This document shows positions 8,342-18,366 of a DNA stretch of 64,000 nucleotides, piece by piece; positions within the stretch are counted from its first letter, which is position 1; each line of letters begins with the position of its first letter. The notes beneath the pieces were generated by a model. It saw nothing but the letters and a program-made list of their open reading frames with translations. It was not told the DNA's origin and did not search any database. Origin of the DNA: Myxococcota bacterium (GTDB lineage: Bacteria > Myxococcota_A > UBA9160 > UBA4427); NCBI GenBank assembly GCA_965250285.1, contig OZ252299.1:5792001-5856000 (forward strand), written 5' to 3'. Position numbers and translations under genes: made by a program.

Positions 8342-9859
8342 TCAAATGGGGGGCGCGGCGCCTCGCTGCGCGTGATCGACGAGCACCTTGATGGCCGAGG
8401 GCGAGCGCGCGGTTTCGAAAGCGGCCGCCAGCTGGGAAGCGCCGAACCGGTGACTCACGAACGTGTCACCCAGGTGACGCAGATGCGTGTCGGATTCGAT
8501 CAGGTCGAGCGCACGGCGAAAGTCACCACAGCGCGAGGTCGTGATGCGGCGACCCGAACCGAGGACGCGCGCGATCGGGGGGCCATCGACGTCGCGCCCG
8601 GCCGGCCCCCGACGCACCGCGATCCGGCCTCTCGGGCGCACCGGCGAAGTCTCTCGCTCGGGGTGGGGCCGCAGCACTTCGTCGATCTGCTGTGCATCGT
8701 CGATGACGGTGACGTCGACGCGCGGCAGATCCATCGCTTCGTTGACGCGGTCGGCCGCTTCGAGCCGGGCGAGCAGCGCGGCCGCCGAACCTTCTCGCAG
8801 CACTTCGACCGAGCCGTCTTCGAGCGATGCCGGCGGCGCGTCGGCGCACAGCCACCCCACACGGAGTCGGCCCCGAGCGCAGAGAGGCGCGACGTCCGCG
8901 AGTGCGGGATCGAGGAGGCCGGCGTCAGGGGCCGCGAGGGCCGCGAGTGAGATCTCGTCGACCACGGCCTCGGTCAGATGGGTGCAGCCGAGCGCCGCTT
9001 GGCCGTGCGTCGACTTGAGATGGATCTCGTCGCGGGCGAGGGCGCACGCCAGCTCTAGACCTTCGGGTGTGCCCGTCGTGTCGACGACGACGTCGGCGAC
9101 CGGGCCCGCGATCTTCGGATCGGCCTCGGGGATCTCGGCGCGGTCGGCCCCGAGCGACTCGGCGAGCGCACCGAGCTCGGGCCGGCGAGCGAGGGCCAGG
9201 ATCTCGAAGTCGTCGCCGGTGCGACGCCGCACGGCCGCCAGCGCGGCGATCACGAGCAGGCCCAGGCGTCGCGGACCGAGGACGGCGATGCGTTGTCCGG
9301 TTCGGGGCGCGATCGTTTCGACGGCATGCAGGGCCGCGGCGAAGGGCTCGATCAGGGCCGCCGTTTCGTCGGGCACCGTATCGGGGATCGGGACGAGTGC
9401 ATGGTCGGGCGCGAGGACGAAGGGGCCGAAGCCGCCGGGCAGGTCGTGGATGCCGAGCACCAAGCGGCTCGGGCAGTGCGTCGGGAGCCCCGCCGAACAG
9501 AACGCGCAGGGCGGTTCGCCGCGCGCGACGTGCGAAGCGTTGATCTCGATGGCGAAGCGCCGCTTGTCTGGGTCTTCGACGATCACCTCGTGCCCGGTGA
9601 TCTGAGGCAGCGGAAACGGCAGAAAGCGGCGATCGAGATCGGTCGAGCAGACGCCGCAGACGCGGCTGCGCATCAGTTGGTAGCCGTGACCGAGCTCGAG
9701 ATGCGTCCGGCCCTGGCGCTCGATTCGCCAGCCATCGCCGCCCGAGCCGCGAAAGGCGTATCGTGCGGCATGGAAGCGATCGTCGGCGTCGTACTCGAGG
9801 GCCTCGAACTCGACGCTCTCGGGCGGCTCTCGGTCGTTCTGGGCGGTGCGGGTGCTCAT
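8342..9859 (-). CDS. Zinc-binding (MDR) alcohol dehydrogenase family protein
   Basis: GVCSTD, GHE, CAFC..HC, EPFAAALHA, VLGPRRLGLL Rossmann-like motif. Start placed at ATG 9859. Confidence 0.8.
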   Translation of the reverse strand: MSTRTAQNDREPPESVEFEALEYDADDRFHAARYAFRGSGGDGWRIERQGRTHLELGHGYQLMRSRVCGVCSTDLDRRFLPFPLPQITGHEVIVEDPDKRRFAIEINASHVARGEPPCAFCSAGLPTHCPSRLVLGIHDLPGGFGPFVLAPDHALVPIPDTVPDETAALIEPFAAALHAVETIAPRTGQRIAVLGPRRLGLLVIAALAAVRRRTGDDFEILALARRPELGALAESLGADRAEIPEADPKIAGPVADVVVDTTGTPEGLELACALARDEIHLKSTHGQAALGCTHLTEAVVDEISLAALAAPDAGLLDPALADVAPLCARGRLRVGWLCADAPPASLEDGSVEVLREGSAAALLARLEAADRVNEAMDLPRVDVTVIDDAQQIDEVLRPHPERETSPVRPRGRIAVRRGPAGRDVDGPPIARVLGSGRRITTSRCGDFRRALDLIESDTHLRHLGDTFVSHRFGASQLAAAFETARSPSAIKVLVDHAQRGAAPPI

Positions 9860-9978
9860 GGTGCCCGCTCGCCGCAGCGTGGGTCGGCTTTGCGGCATCG
9901 CATGTCGAGACACTAGCAGTCGCGCATGCGTGCAGTCGGGAGTTCGAAGTGGGATCTGGCGAGGCCAGAGATCAGAGG

Positions 9979-10959
9979 ATGGGCGAGGCGCGAAGCAGCG
10001 CGACGTCGATCGATGCGCGCGCTCGCCGCCGGGTACGCGGCGCGTGTCTGATGCTGATGTCGCTCGGCTGGCTGTCTTGCGCGGCCGGCGGGGGCGCGCT
10101 GCTGCAGTCGAAGAAGCCGGTGAAGAAGGTGATGACCGCCGAAGAGCTGCGCGAGGCCGTGCACGAGCGCGTTCCCGAGCTGCCGCCCGAGGCGGTCCCC
10201 GTGCTCTTCGAGGTGAGTCCCGCGGTCGTCGAGCACGTGCGCGCGAACATAGGTGCGGTCGAGCTCGACATCGAACAGATCCGCCGCGTCGTCCGGCTGA
10301 TCATGGAGCCCGAAGGCCTCGGGCTGCGCTACGACCGCGGCAGCCTCGGAACCGCCGCCGAGTCGCTCGAACGCGGGACGGGCAACTGTCTGTCGCTCGC
10401 GGCCGTGCTCATCGGCGTCGCGCGCGGCCTCGGCTGGAGAGCGCAGTTCACCGAGATGAGCCTGCGCGAAGACGAGCTCGTCTACGAAGCCGACGTCGCG
10501 ATCGCCGAGGAGCACATGGGCGCGAAGATCCGGTTCGGTGCGGCGACGCTCTACATCGACTACTCGGGCCGCATGAGCTTTCGCTCGCGCGTGCGGAGCG
10601 TGAGCGATCTACGCGCCACGGCGCAGTACTACAGCAATCACGCCTACGAACTGCTGCACGACAGCCACGTCGCCGAGGTGCCGGTGCCGTGGGAGGAGGT
10701 GGCGCGTCGGTTCGAGATCGCGACCCGAATCGAGCCGGGGCTCGCCCAGGCGTGGAACAACCTCGGCGTCGCGCGCAGCCGAATGGGCGACGTCGAAGGC
10801 GCCGAGCTGGCGTACGAGCAGGCGATCCTGCTGGCGGCCGGCAGCATGAAGAGCGCCGAGCGCAACCTGCGACTGCTCTACGGCCTGCCCCCCGAGCCCG
10901 AAGACACCGGTCAGCCGGGCGTGCCCGCTGGCTGGGCGCCCATCGATGACGTGCCCTGA
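9979..10959 (+). CDS. Transglutaminase-like domain + TPR protein (possible lipoprotein)
   Basis: GTGNCLSLA (Cys), EHMGA (His), YID (Asp) triad; TPR AWNNLGVA...AYEQAI; WLSC lipobox-like. Confidence 0.75.
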   Translation: MGEARSSATSIDARARRRVRGACLMLMSLGWLSCAAGGGALLQSKKPVKKVMTAEELREAVHERVPELPPEAVPVLFEVSPAVVEHVRANIGAVELDIEQIRRVVRLIMEPEGLGLRYDRGSLGTAAESLERGTGNCLSLAAVLIGVARGLGWRAQFTEMSLREDELVYEADVAIAEEHMGAKIRFGAATLYIDYSGRMSFRSRVRSVSDLRATAQYYSNHAYELLHDSHVAEVPVPWEEVARRFEIATRIEPGLAQAWNNLGVARSRMGDVEGAELAYEQAILLAAGSMKSAERNLRLLYGLPPEPEDTGQPGVPAGWAPIDDVP

Positions 10960-10997
10960 GCTCCATGGTGCGCCGCCAATCGAGGTAGGATGGCGCG

Positions 10998-12593
10998 ATG
11001 TCTGCGCCCGTCCGCCGTACCACCGCCATGTTCGTCTCACTCGGCGCCACGCTCACGATGCTCGGCTTCGGTGGCGCGTTGGCGGCCGAGCCGAGCGCTC
11101 CTCCGATCGTCTTCGTAATGTTCGACGAGCTGCCGACGGTGTCGCTCCTCGACGCAGAGGGTCGTGTCGATGCCGAGCTGTATCCCCACTTCGCTGAGCT
11201 CGCGTCGACGTCGACGTGGGCGCGAGGCGCTTCGACGGTGGCGACGCGGCTGCTCGAGTCGCTGCCCGTCCCCCTCACCGGCCGGATGCCGTCGCCCGAA
11301 CGTACGCTCGCGATCCGCGCCGAGTGGCCCGACAACTTGTTCTCGTGGCTCGAGGGCGAGTACGCACTCAACGTACACGAGCCGCAATCGCTGCTCGGGC
11401 CGACCCCACTCGACGCCGAGGCCCAGGCGCGCTGGTTGAACGAGGTGCGCAACGATCGCTACGAGTGGCCCGATCAGGGCGCCGCGGTCGACGCCTTCGT
11501 GGCCGAGATCGAAGGTCGCGATGCGAGTCGGCCGCGACCGACGCTCGATTTCATTCACGTGACGCTGCCGCACGCGCCCTGGCGCTATGGGGCGAGCGGG
11601 CGCACCTACGCGCCGCGCAAGTTCACGGGCAACACCGGATCGATCTGGGTCGACGATGACGTTCCCGTCGACGATGCCTGGCGGCGCCATCTCGCCGAAG
11701 TGCGCTTCGCAGACGCGCTGCTCGGTCGCATCCTCGACGCGGTGCGCGCATCGGGGCGTTTCGACGAGAGCCTGATCATCGTCACCGCACCGTACGGTGC
11801 CGGCTTCTGGCCGGGCGAGTCCCGGCGCATGGCGCAGCGCACGAGCCACCCCGAAGACGTGCTGCTCGTGCCGCTCTTCGTGAAGCGACCGGGCCAGACC
11901 GAGTCGGTCGTGAGCGACGACGTGGTGCAGTCGATCGACGTGTTGCCGACGGTCGTCGACGTGCTTGGACGCGCAGCGCCGTTCGAGATGGGGGGGTGCT
12001 CGATCCTCGATGCCGCTTGCGCTCGCCCCGAGGCGCGCCGGGCGATGCGGCTCGACGGAACGCGGGATGCCCGCGTCGTCGATGCCTACGCCGCCGATCT
12101 GCCGGCAAGGCGCGCGAGCCTCGACCGCAAGCTCGCGCGGTTTCCCGATCGCGCGCATCTCGAGCGCAGCTGGCCTGCCGGCCGCTATGCCGCCTGGCTC
12201 GGCCAGCCAGTCGATGCCGACATCGTGATCGCCGATGGCGCCGTCGGATCATGGGCGCTCGATCGCAGCGCCCGTGACTGGCTGCGCGCGAAGCGCGGCG
12301 GCCCGCGACTCGTGGCGGCGGTCGAGCTCGCCGAAACGGGCGACGGCGCGTCCCTGCCGTGGATCGCGATCGAGCTGAATGGACGCCTCGAGGCGATCGA
12401 GCGCGCGTCGATCGACCGCCGCGGGCGAGTGCAGGTGTACGTGACGCTGCCCGAGGCTGCCCTGCGCGAGCGGGGCAACACGCTCGCGCTCTACGTGGTG
12501 CGTGAGACCGAGGCGGGGCCGCGCCTCGAGCGGCTGCAGAAGCAGCCGCGCGGTGCACGAGCGAAGCGGCCGCCCACGAAGGCGCCAGATTGA
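10998..12593 (+). CDS. Sulfatase-like/alkaline-phosphatase-superfamily hydrolase/transferase
   Basis: IVFVMFDELP, HVTLPHAPW, VPLFVK.PG, SIDVLPTVVDVLG; signal peptide; no CxPxR. Confidence 0.75.
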   Translation: MSAPVRRTTAMFVSLGATLTMLGFGGALAAEPSAPPIVFVMFDELPTVSLLDAEGRVDAELYPHFAELASTSTWARGASTVATRLLESLPVPLTGRMPSPERTLAIRAEWPDNLFSWLEGEYALNVHEPQSLLGPTPLDAEAQARWLNEVRNDRYEWPDQGAAVDAFVAEIEGRDASRPRPTLDFIHVTLPHAPWRYGASGRTYAPRKFTGNTGSIWVDDDVPVDDAWRRHLAEVRFADALLGRILDAVRASGRFDESLIIVTAPYGAGFWPGESRRMAQRTSHPEDVLLVPLFVKRPGQTESVVSDDVVQSIDVLPTVVDVLGRAAPFEMGGCSILDAACARPEARRAMRLDGTRDARVVDAYAADLPARRASLDRKLARFPDRAHLERSWPAGRYAAWLGQPVDADIVIADGAVGSWALDRSARDWLRAKRGGPRLVAAVELAETGDGASLPWIAIELNGRLEAIERASIDRRGRVQVYVTLPEAALRERGNTLALYVVRETEAGPRLERLQKQPRGARAKRPPTKAPD

Positions 12594-12624
12594 GCCCGGC
12601 GCCTTCGCGGGTGCGGCTTGCCGG

Positions 12625-13803
12625 CTAGATCGGCTGCACGACCTTCCAGCCGTTGTCGCGCATGATCAGCTCGACCTCGTCGGTGCTGAAGCCCTCGAGG
12701 TCGTTCACGAAGTCGGTCGGCACCGCGAGGCCTTCGGCGTGCGGGAAGTCGGAGCCGAAGAGCACGTTCTCGGCACCGACGAGGTCGCGCAGCCCGGCGA
12801 TGTCGTCTTCGTAGTACGGCGCGATCTTCACGTGCCTGCGCAGCTGCTCGATCGGGTCGGTCTCGAATGCGTAGGGCATCTGGCCGTACGCCTTCTTCAA
12901 GCGCCGCACCAACTCGGGGACCCAGGCGCTGCCGCACTCGATCGTCGCGACGCGGGCGCGCGGGTGCCGCTGGAACACGCCGTGACAGATGAGCGCCGCG
13001 ATCGTGTCGTGGATCGGCTCGGGCGAAAGACAGCCGACCAGCGGATCCCACGAGAAGGCCTTGAACTCGCGGTTGCCGCCCCAGGCTTCAGAGAAGCGTC
13101 GATAGCCGGCATCGCCCGCGTGGAACGCGACCGTGATCCCGGCCTCGGCGACGCGCGACCAGAAGCCGTCGAAGCGATCGAGCCCGATCGAGACGCTGGT
13201 CTCGGGGCCGGTCGGGACCGGTCCGGGCACCATTGACACGACGCGCGCGCCGAGAGCGAGCACGCGCTCGAGCTCTCGCTCGGCCCACGCGGGATCCATC
13301 AGCGAGATGTAGGGCGCCGCATGGATTCGATCCTGATAGGCGTAGCCCCAGTCGTCTTCGAGCCACTTGTTGAACGCCTCGAACGCCACGCACGCGGCTT
13401 CGGGGTCGTTTCGCAGGCTCTCCTGCATCCCGACACCGAGCGTCGGAAACAGAATCGTGCCGGCGACACCCTGCTCGTCGAGCTGCTTCATGCGCGCGTC
13501 GCGGTCGCGGTACGCCGGTGAGATCGGGTCGAGTCGCCCGAAGAGCTCGGGCACGCTCTTACCGTCGGGGTTCTTGCCGCGGAAGTACTCGTCGAGGATG
13601 CCGGGCTGCGCCACCGGGTCGAACGTCGGGTTCGGGATGAATCGGTTGACCTTGCCACCGACGAGCAGGCGCTTGCGCCCGCCGATCTCGGCCCATTGCA
13701 TGCAGCGGGCCTGCATGCGGCGATCGACGTGGCGCGTGAACGCGTCTTCTGCCTCGTAGTAGTGGTGATCCGAATCGAAGGCCTGAAAGCCGAGGTCGGC
13801 CAT
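12625..13803 (-). CDS. Amidohydrolase family protein (Amidohydro_2)
   Basis: DSDHHYYE, FHAG, LFGSDFPHAEG; GGAGGAG RBS before ATG 13803. Confidence 0.9.
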   Translation of the reverse strand: MADLGFQAFDSDHHYYEAEDAFTRHVDRRMQARCMQWAEIGGRKRLLVGGKVNRFIPNPTFDPVAQPGILDEYFRGKNPDGKSVPELFGRLDPISPAYRDRDARMKQLDEQGVAGTILFPTLGVGMQESLRNDPEAACVAFEAFNKWLEDDWGYAYQDRIHAAPYISLMDPAWAERELERVLALGARVVSMVPGPVPTGPETSVSIGLDRFDGFWSRVAEAGITVAFHAGDAGYRRFSEAWGGNREFKAFSWDPLVGCLSPEPIHDTIAALICHGVFQRHPRARVATIECGSAWVPELVRRLKKAYGQMPYAFETDPIEQLRRHVKIAPYYEDDIAGLRDLVGAENVLFGSDFPHAEGLAVPTDFVNDLEGFSTDEVELIMRDNGWKVVQPI

Positions 13804-13989
13804 GGGATGCTCCTCCGCGCGAGGTTCGGGCGCGGGTTCGAGGGATGCGGGTTCGATGCAGGCGGGGGCCGCGGGGGCGCCGCCGCCCATAATTTGAACG
13901 ATTTGGCCGTCGAATTCAATGAACGAAGGCACTAAGATATTCAGGAATCTGGACGAAGCGCGCTTCGGCGTCCGCCTCGAGGACCACAG

Positions 13990-14637
13990 GTGCCTGAAAT
14001 CGCAGCCCATTCAGCGGCATCGCCCGAGCCCGGGCCCGGCACTTCACCGCGGCGAGAAGCCAGCGCCGAGAAGCGACGGCGCATCCTCGAGGGCGCGCGC
14101 GTCTGCTTCGGCCGAGACGGCTACGCCGGCGCCACGGTTGCGCGGATCGCGGCCGAAGCCGGCGTCTCGAACGGGCTCCTCTACCAGTTCTTTCGCAACA
14201 AGGACCACCTCTTCGAGGTCGTGCTCGAAGAGGTGATTCGCGACTGGGTGCGGGCGATGGTGCCGCGCCCGACCGAGTCGAGCGCGGTCGAGAAGCTCGA
14301 CGGCATGCTTCGTCGCAGCGTGGCCTTCTGTCGATCGACGCCGCTGTTGCCGGCGCTGCTCTCGCGCGACCGCGCGCTGCAGCTGCAGCGCATCGGCGGT
14401 GCGACCTCACCGCGCGTCGACGCGCACCGTGAGCTCGTGGCGTCGATCGTCGAAGAGGGCATCGCGAGCGGTGAGCTGCAGCGCGACCTCGACGTGCGCG
14501 GGGCGGCCGACGCCATCTGCCATCTGCAATCCGAGTATTCGACGCGCGCGTACACCGACGATCCGCGCTTTCCATCCGATCCCGCGATCATCGATGCGGT
14601 CGCCCGCCTGATTCACGACGCCGTCCGCGCGCGCTAG
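13990..14637 (+). CDS. TetR/AcrR family transcriptional regulator
   Basis: IAAEAGVSNGLLYQFFRNK HTH. Confidence 0.9.
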   Translation: MPEIAAHSAASPEPGPGTSPRREASAEKRRRILEGARVCFGRDGYAGATVARIAAEAGVSNGLLYQFFRNKDHLFEVVLEEVIRDWVRAMVPRPTESSAVEKLDGMLRRSVAFCRSTPLLPALLSRDRALQLQRIGGATSPRVDAHRELVASIVEEGIASGELQRDLDVRGAADAICHLQSEYSTRAYTDDPRFPSDPAIIDAVARLIHDAVRAR

Positions 14638-14680
14638 CCCGGCGCCCCCTGTGCGGGGCGCACACGCGAGGGAGCAGCCC

Positions 14681-15553
14681 ATGCCGATGCCCACCGATAT
14701 CCCCGTCATCGATCTCATGCTGGGGATCCCGAGTGAGGAGGCCAAGCGCAGTTACGACTTCATGCGCCCGCTCTTTCGCGACGCCGACAGCCTCAAGAGC
14801 TTCGACTTCCCCGTCGAGTACATGTTCAAGGACGTGCCGACCTTCTCGAGTCTCGGTGATCGCATCAAGTACACGCTCGAGCAGATGGACGCGCACAACA
14901 TCGAGCGCGCGCTGCTCGGCGTCTCGTTGACCGACGAGGTGTCGCAGCAGGCCGTGCGCCAGCACCCCGACCGGTTCATCCCGTCGGGCTCGACCGATCC
15001 GAATCGCGGGATGGAGGACATTCGCGACATCGTGCGTTTGCATGACGAATTCGGAATTCGCGCAATCGGCGCCTTCCCGGCCGGCTGCGTGCCCCAGGTG
15101 CCGATCGACGACAAGCGCTTCTGGCCCGTCTACGCGAAGTGCTGCGAGCTCGACATCCCGATCTTCACTTGTGTGGGTGTGCCCGGGCCGAGGATCCCGA
15201 TGGCGTGCCAGCACGTCGAGCGCATCGACGAGGTGATGTGGTTCTTTCCCGAGCTGAAGTTCGTCATGCGACACGGCGCCGAGCCGTGGGTCGATCTCGC
15301 CGTCAAGCTGATGCTCAAGTGGCCGAACCTCTACTACTCGACCAGCGCGTTCGCACCGAAGTACTACCCGAAGGCCATCGTCGACTACGCGAACACGCGC
15401 GGCGCCGACCGCGTGATGTACGCGGGCTACTTCCCAATGGGTCTCTCGCTCGAGCGCATCTTCGGTGACATGCCCGACGTGCCCTTCCGCGACCACGTCT
15501 GGCCGAAATTCTTGAGAGAGAACGCGCTCGCTTTGTTGAAGCTCGTCGACTGA
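14681..15553 (+). CDS. Amidohydrolase family protein (Amidohydro_2)
   Basis: FPELKFVMRHGAEPW, NLYYSTSAFAPKYYP, VMYAGYFP; GGAG RBS. Confidence 0.88.
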   Translation: MPMPTDIPVIDLMLGIPSEEAKRSYDFMRPLFRDADSLKSFDFPVEYMFKDVPTFSSLGDRIKYTLEQMDAHNIERALLGVSLTDEVSQQAVRQHPDRFIPSGSTDPNRGMEDIRDIVRLHDEFGIRAIGAFPAGCVPQVPIDDKRFWPVYAKCCELDIPIFTCVGVPGPRIPMACQHVERIDEVMWFFPELKFVMRHGAEPWVDLAVKLMLKWPNLYYSTSAFAPKYYPKAIVDYANTRGADRVMYAGYFPMGLSLERIFGDMPDVPFRDHVWPKFLRENALALLKLVD

Positions 15554-15760
15554 GCAGTGCAGGCAATCTGTCTGCCACCCGAATCAAGATGGCAATGTCG
15601 TGACGTTCGATTGTGCGCCGGGGCGCCCGCGTGGTGGATCGGTGTCGATTCGACGGGGGCACATCCTCTGAAATCTCCATGAAGTGGTGCCGACATGACA
15701 CCCCGGCAGCGCGCAGACGCGCGAGTTTGGTCGCATTCAAACTCTCTGCTGGAGGATCCC

Positions 15761-17410
15761 ATGCGACCTGCACGGCTGTCTCGGATACGGGCCGTCTTCA
15801 CGTTCTTCTTTCTCTTCTCGATCGCACTCGGTGCGGCCACGTCGGCCCAGGCGGGCGGTGACTTCTCGCTGTCGCTCGACGTGATCGGTCGCTATGACTC
15901 GACGATCTATGACGAGGGCGGCGCCGAGATCGTCGCGCACGATTCGGTGCATCAGCACCTCTACGTCGTGAACGCCAACGACGCGAGCGTCGACGTGCTC
16001 GACATCGCCGACCCGTCGGCCCCGACGAAGATCGCCGCGATCGACGCGAGTGCCCTCGGCGGTGGCGTCAACAGCGTGGCGGTGCAGCCGAAGCGCGGCT
16101 GGGTCGCGCTCGCGATCGAAGCCGAAGACGCGCAGGCGCCCGGCCTCGTCGCCATCTACAGCACCGGCACCTTCGAGCTGCTCCGCACCTTCACCGTCGG
16201 TGCACTGCCCGACATGGTGACGTTCACACCCGGTGGCTTCGCCCTCCTCGTCGCGAACGAGGGTGAACCCGACGATGACTACCAGATCGATCCCGAGGGC
16301 AGCGTCTCGATCATCTACACCGTGTTCGGTCTCAAGTGGGCGTGGGTGCGCACCGCGACCTTCGAGAAGTTCATTGGTCAGGAGGATGCGCTGCGCGCGA
16401 AGGGCGTTCGCATCTTCGGTCCCGGCGCGAACGCCGCGCAGGATCTCGAGCCCGAGTTCATCACGACCGACCGCTTCGGCCTCAAGGCCTTCGTCGCCTG
16501 CCAGGAGAACAACGCCCTGGCCATCGTCGACATCTGGCGCGCCAAGGTGCGGCGGCTCGTACCGCTCGGCACGAAGGACCACACGCTCGCCGAGAACGCG
16601 CTCGATGCCAGTAACCGCGACGACGCCATCAACGTGACGACGTGGCCAGTAAAGGGGCTCTACCTGCCCGACGCCATCGCGTCGTTCAACGTGAACGGGC
16701 GCGACTACATCGTGTCGGCCAACGAAGGAGACTCCCGCGACTACGACGGCTTCAGTGAGGAGGAGCGCGTCGGCGACGTCGACCTCGACCCGGTGGCGTT
16801 CCCCGATGCCGAGATCCTGCAGGCCGACGAGAACCTCGGACGCCTCAAGATCACGACCACCCTCGGCCAGAACGAGAGCGGCGAGTACGAAGAGCTCTAC
16901 AGCTATGGCGGTCGGTCGATCTCGATCTGGGACGCTCGTGGTCGCCAGGTGTGGGACAGCGGGACGCAGATCGCCGACATCACGGCGACCCTGCTGCCCG
17001 ACCAGTTCAACTCGACCAACGACGACAACGACAGCTTCGACAATCGCAGCGACGACAAGGGCGCCGAGCCCGAGGGCGTGACGACCGGCAAGGTCGCGGG
17101 TCGCACGATCGCGTTCGTCGGCTTCGAACGGGTCGGCGGCATCGGTGCCTGGGACGTCTCCAACCCGCACGCGCCCAAGCTGCTCACGTACGTGAACCCG
17201 CGCAACTTCTCGGTCGACGTGTGCACCGAGCGCGACGAAGAGGGCGACTGCGAGACCGGTCCCGGCTTCGCGAACCCCGAAGCGCTCGACCTCGGGCCCG
17301 AAGGCCTCGCCTTCATTCCGGCTCACCGCAGCCCGAACGGTGAACCCCTGCTCGCCGTCGGCAACGAGGTGAGCGGCACCACGACGATCTTCGAGATCAG
17401 CGTCGAGTAG
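15761..17410 (+). CDS. Choice-of-anchor I family protein (alkaline phosphatase-associated beta-propeller)
   Basis: GAEIVAHD, VGALPDMVTFTP, ANEGEP, DLEPEFIT, ANEGDSRDY, DNRSDDKGAEPEG, DLGPEG, GNEVSGTT; signal peptide; GGAGG RBS. Confidence 0.9.
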   Translation: MRPARLSRIRAVFTFFFLFSIALGAATSAQAGGDFSLSLDVIGRYDSTIYDEGGAEIVAHDSVHQHLYVVNANDASVDVLDIADPSAPTKIAAIDASALGGGVNSVAVQPKRGWVALAIEAEDAQAPGLVAIYSTGTFELLRTFTVGALPDMVTFTPGGFALLVANEGEPDDDYQIDPEGSVSIIYTVFGLKWAWVRTATFEKFIGQEDALRAKGVRIFGPGANAAQDLEPEFITTDRFGLKAFVACQENNALAIVDIWRAKVRRLVPLGTKDHTLAENALDASNRDDAINVTTWPVKGLYLPDAIASFNVNGRDYIVSANEGDSRDYDGFSEEERVGDVDLDPVAFPDAEILQADENLGRLKITTTLGQNESGEYEELYSYGGRSISIWDARGRQVWDSGTQIADITATLLPDQFNSTNDDNDSFDNRSDDKGAEPEGVTTGKVAGRTIAFVGFERVGGIGAWDVSNPHAPKLLTYVNPRNFSVDVCTERDEEGDCETGPGFANPEALDLGPEGLAFIPAHRSPNGEPLLAVGNEVSGTTTIFEISVE

Positions 17411-17436
17411 CTCTGCCCACAGCTTCGCCCGACGCA

Positions 17437-17485
17437 GGGGGGCGGCTCCGACGCACGGGTCGGGGTCGCCCCCTTCCTCTTTCTT
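17437..17485 (+). terminator. Rho-independent terminator
   Basis: GGGGGCGGCTCCGAC...GTCGGGGTCGCCCCC stem followed by TTCCTCTTTCTT. Confidence 0.65.
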
Positions 17486-17491
17486 GGGCGA

Positions 17492-18190
17492 TCAGGAGGC
17501 CGACGCGGTCGCGCGGGCCTCGATGCCGGCGATCACGATGTCGACGGCGTGGTCGAGGTAGGCGTCGAACGAGTGGCTCGGATCGCGGCGCGCGACCTCG
17601 ATCCAGCGAGCGCTCTCGTCGGCGGGCAGCGCGTCGGCGACGCCGCGCATGTACTGGCGGATGCCGTCGACATCGCTCGTCGCCTGAGCAGCCTGCGCCG
17701 AGAGCACCGCCGTCACGGTGTGAACGAGCGTATGCGCCGCGAATACGAGATCTTCGCCTTCGAGCCCGGCGTCGGCGAGCACGCGCGCGGCCGCGCCGGT
17801 GGCCCGCGCGTAGAACGGGCCGAGCGATGCATCGGTTCGGCCCATCACCTGCAAGGCGGGCTCGCCGCGAAGCCGCTGCGCGAGCTCGAGGCACAGCGCC
17901 CGGGCGCGCTCCTTCCAGCCGCCTTCGCCGGGCGCCTCGAGCGAGCCCTCGTCGGCGGCGTCGCGCGCGATCGCGTCGAGCAGCTCGGCTTTGTCGGCAA
18001 AGTGCCAGTAGAGCGCCGCGGGATCGACCTCGAGCTGCCGAGCAATGCCGCGCATCGTGAGCGATGGCGCACCCCGCTCGCGAGCCAGAGCACGGGCCGC
18101 GGCCACGATCTTCGCGCGATCGAGCTGCCTCGTTCGGCTTCGGCGCCCGCCGGGATTTCGCTTGTTTTTCGGGAGGTTGGCGGCAGTCAT
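17492..18190 (-). CDS. TetR family regulator (TetR_C class)
   Basis: LTMRGIARQLEVDPAALYWHFADK HTH. Confidence 0.9.
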   Translation of the reverse strand: MTAANLPKNKRNPGGRRSRTRQLDRAKIVAAARALARERGAPSLTMRGIARQLEVDPAALYWHFADKAELLDAIARDAADEGSLEAPGEGGWKERARALCLELAQRLRGEPALQVMGRTDASLGPFYARATGAAARVLADAGLEGEDLVFAAHTLVHTVTAVLSAQAAQATSDVDGIRQYMRGVADALPADESARWIEVARRDPSHSFDAYLDHAVDIVIAGIEARATASAS

Positions 18191-18244
18191 GGGCGGGGGC
18201 TCGGGCGGGTTGGGGCCTTGATCGTAGCCCGTCGGCGTGCTAAA

Positions 18245-18257
18245 TCAACGGCGTTGA
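18245..18257. promoter_or_regulatory. Candidate TetR operator
   Basis: Perfect palindrome TCAACG-G-CGTTGA in the divergent tetR/amidohydrolase gap, next to a TTGATC..TGCTAAAT promoter-like sequence. Confidence 0.5.
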
Positions 18258-18366
18258 ATCGAGCCAGCCGCCCGGGACCCGATCGTGGCCCGGAGCCGCC
18301 CGCGCAGGCTCGCCCGCCGCCGTTCCTCTGGATCGGCGCTGCCCAAGAGAAGGCGAGATCGAAACC

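Noticed and set aside
15665..15700. Pho box upstream of the choice-of-anchor I gene
   Set aside because: Half-sites are degenerate and on the opposite strand
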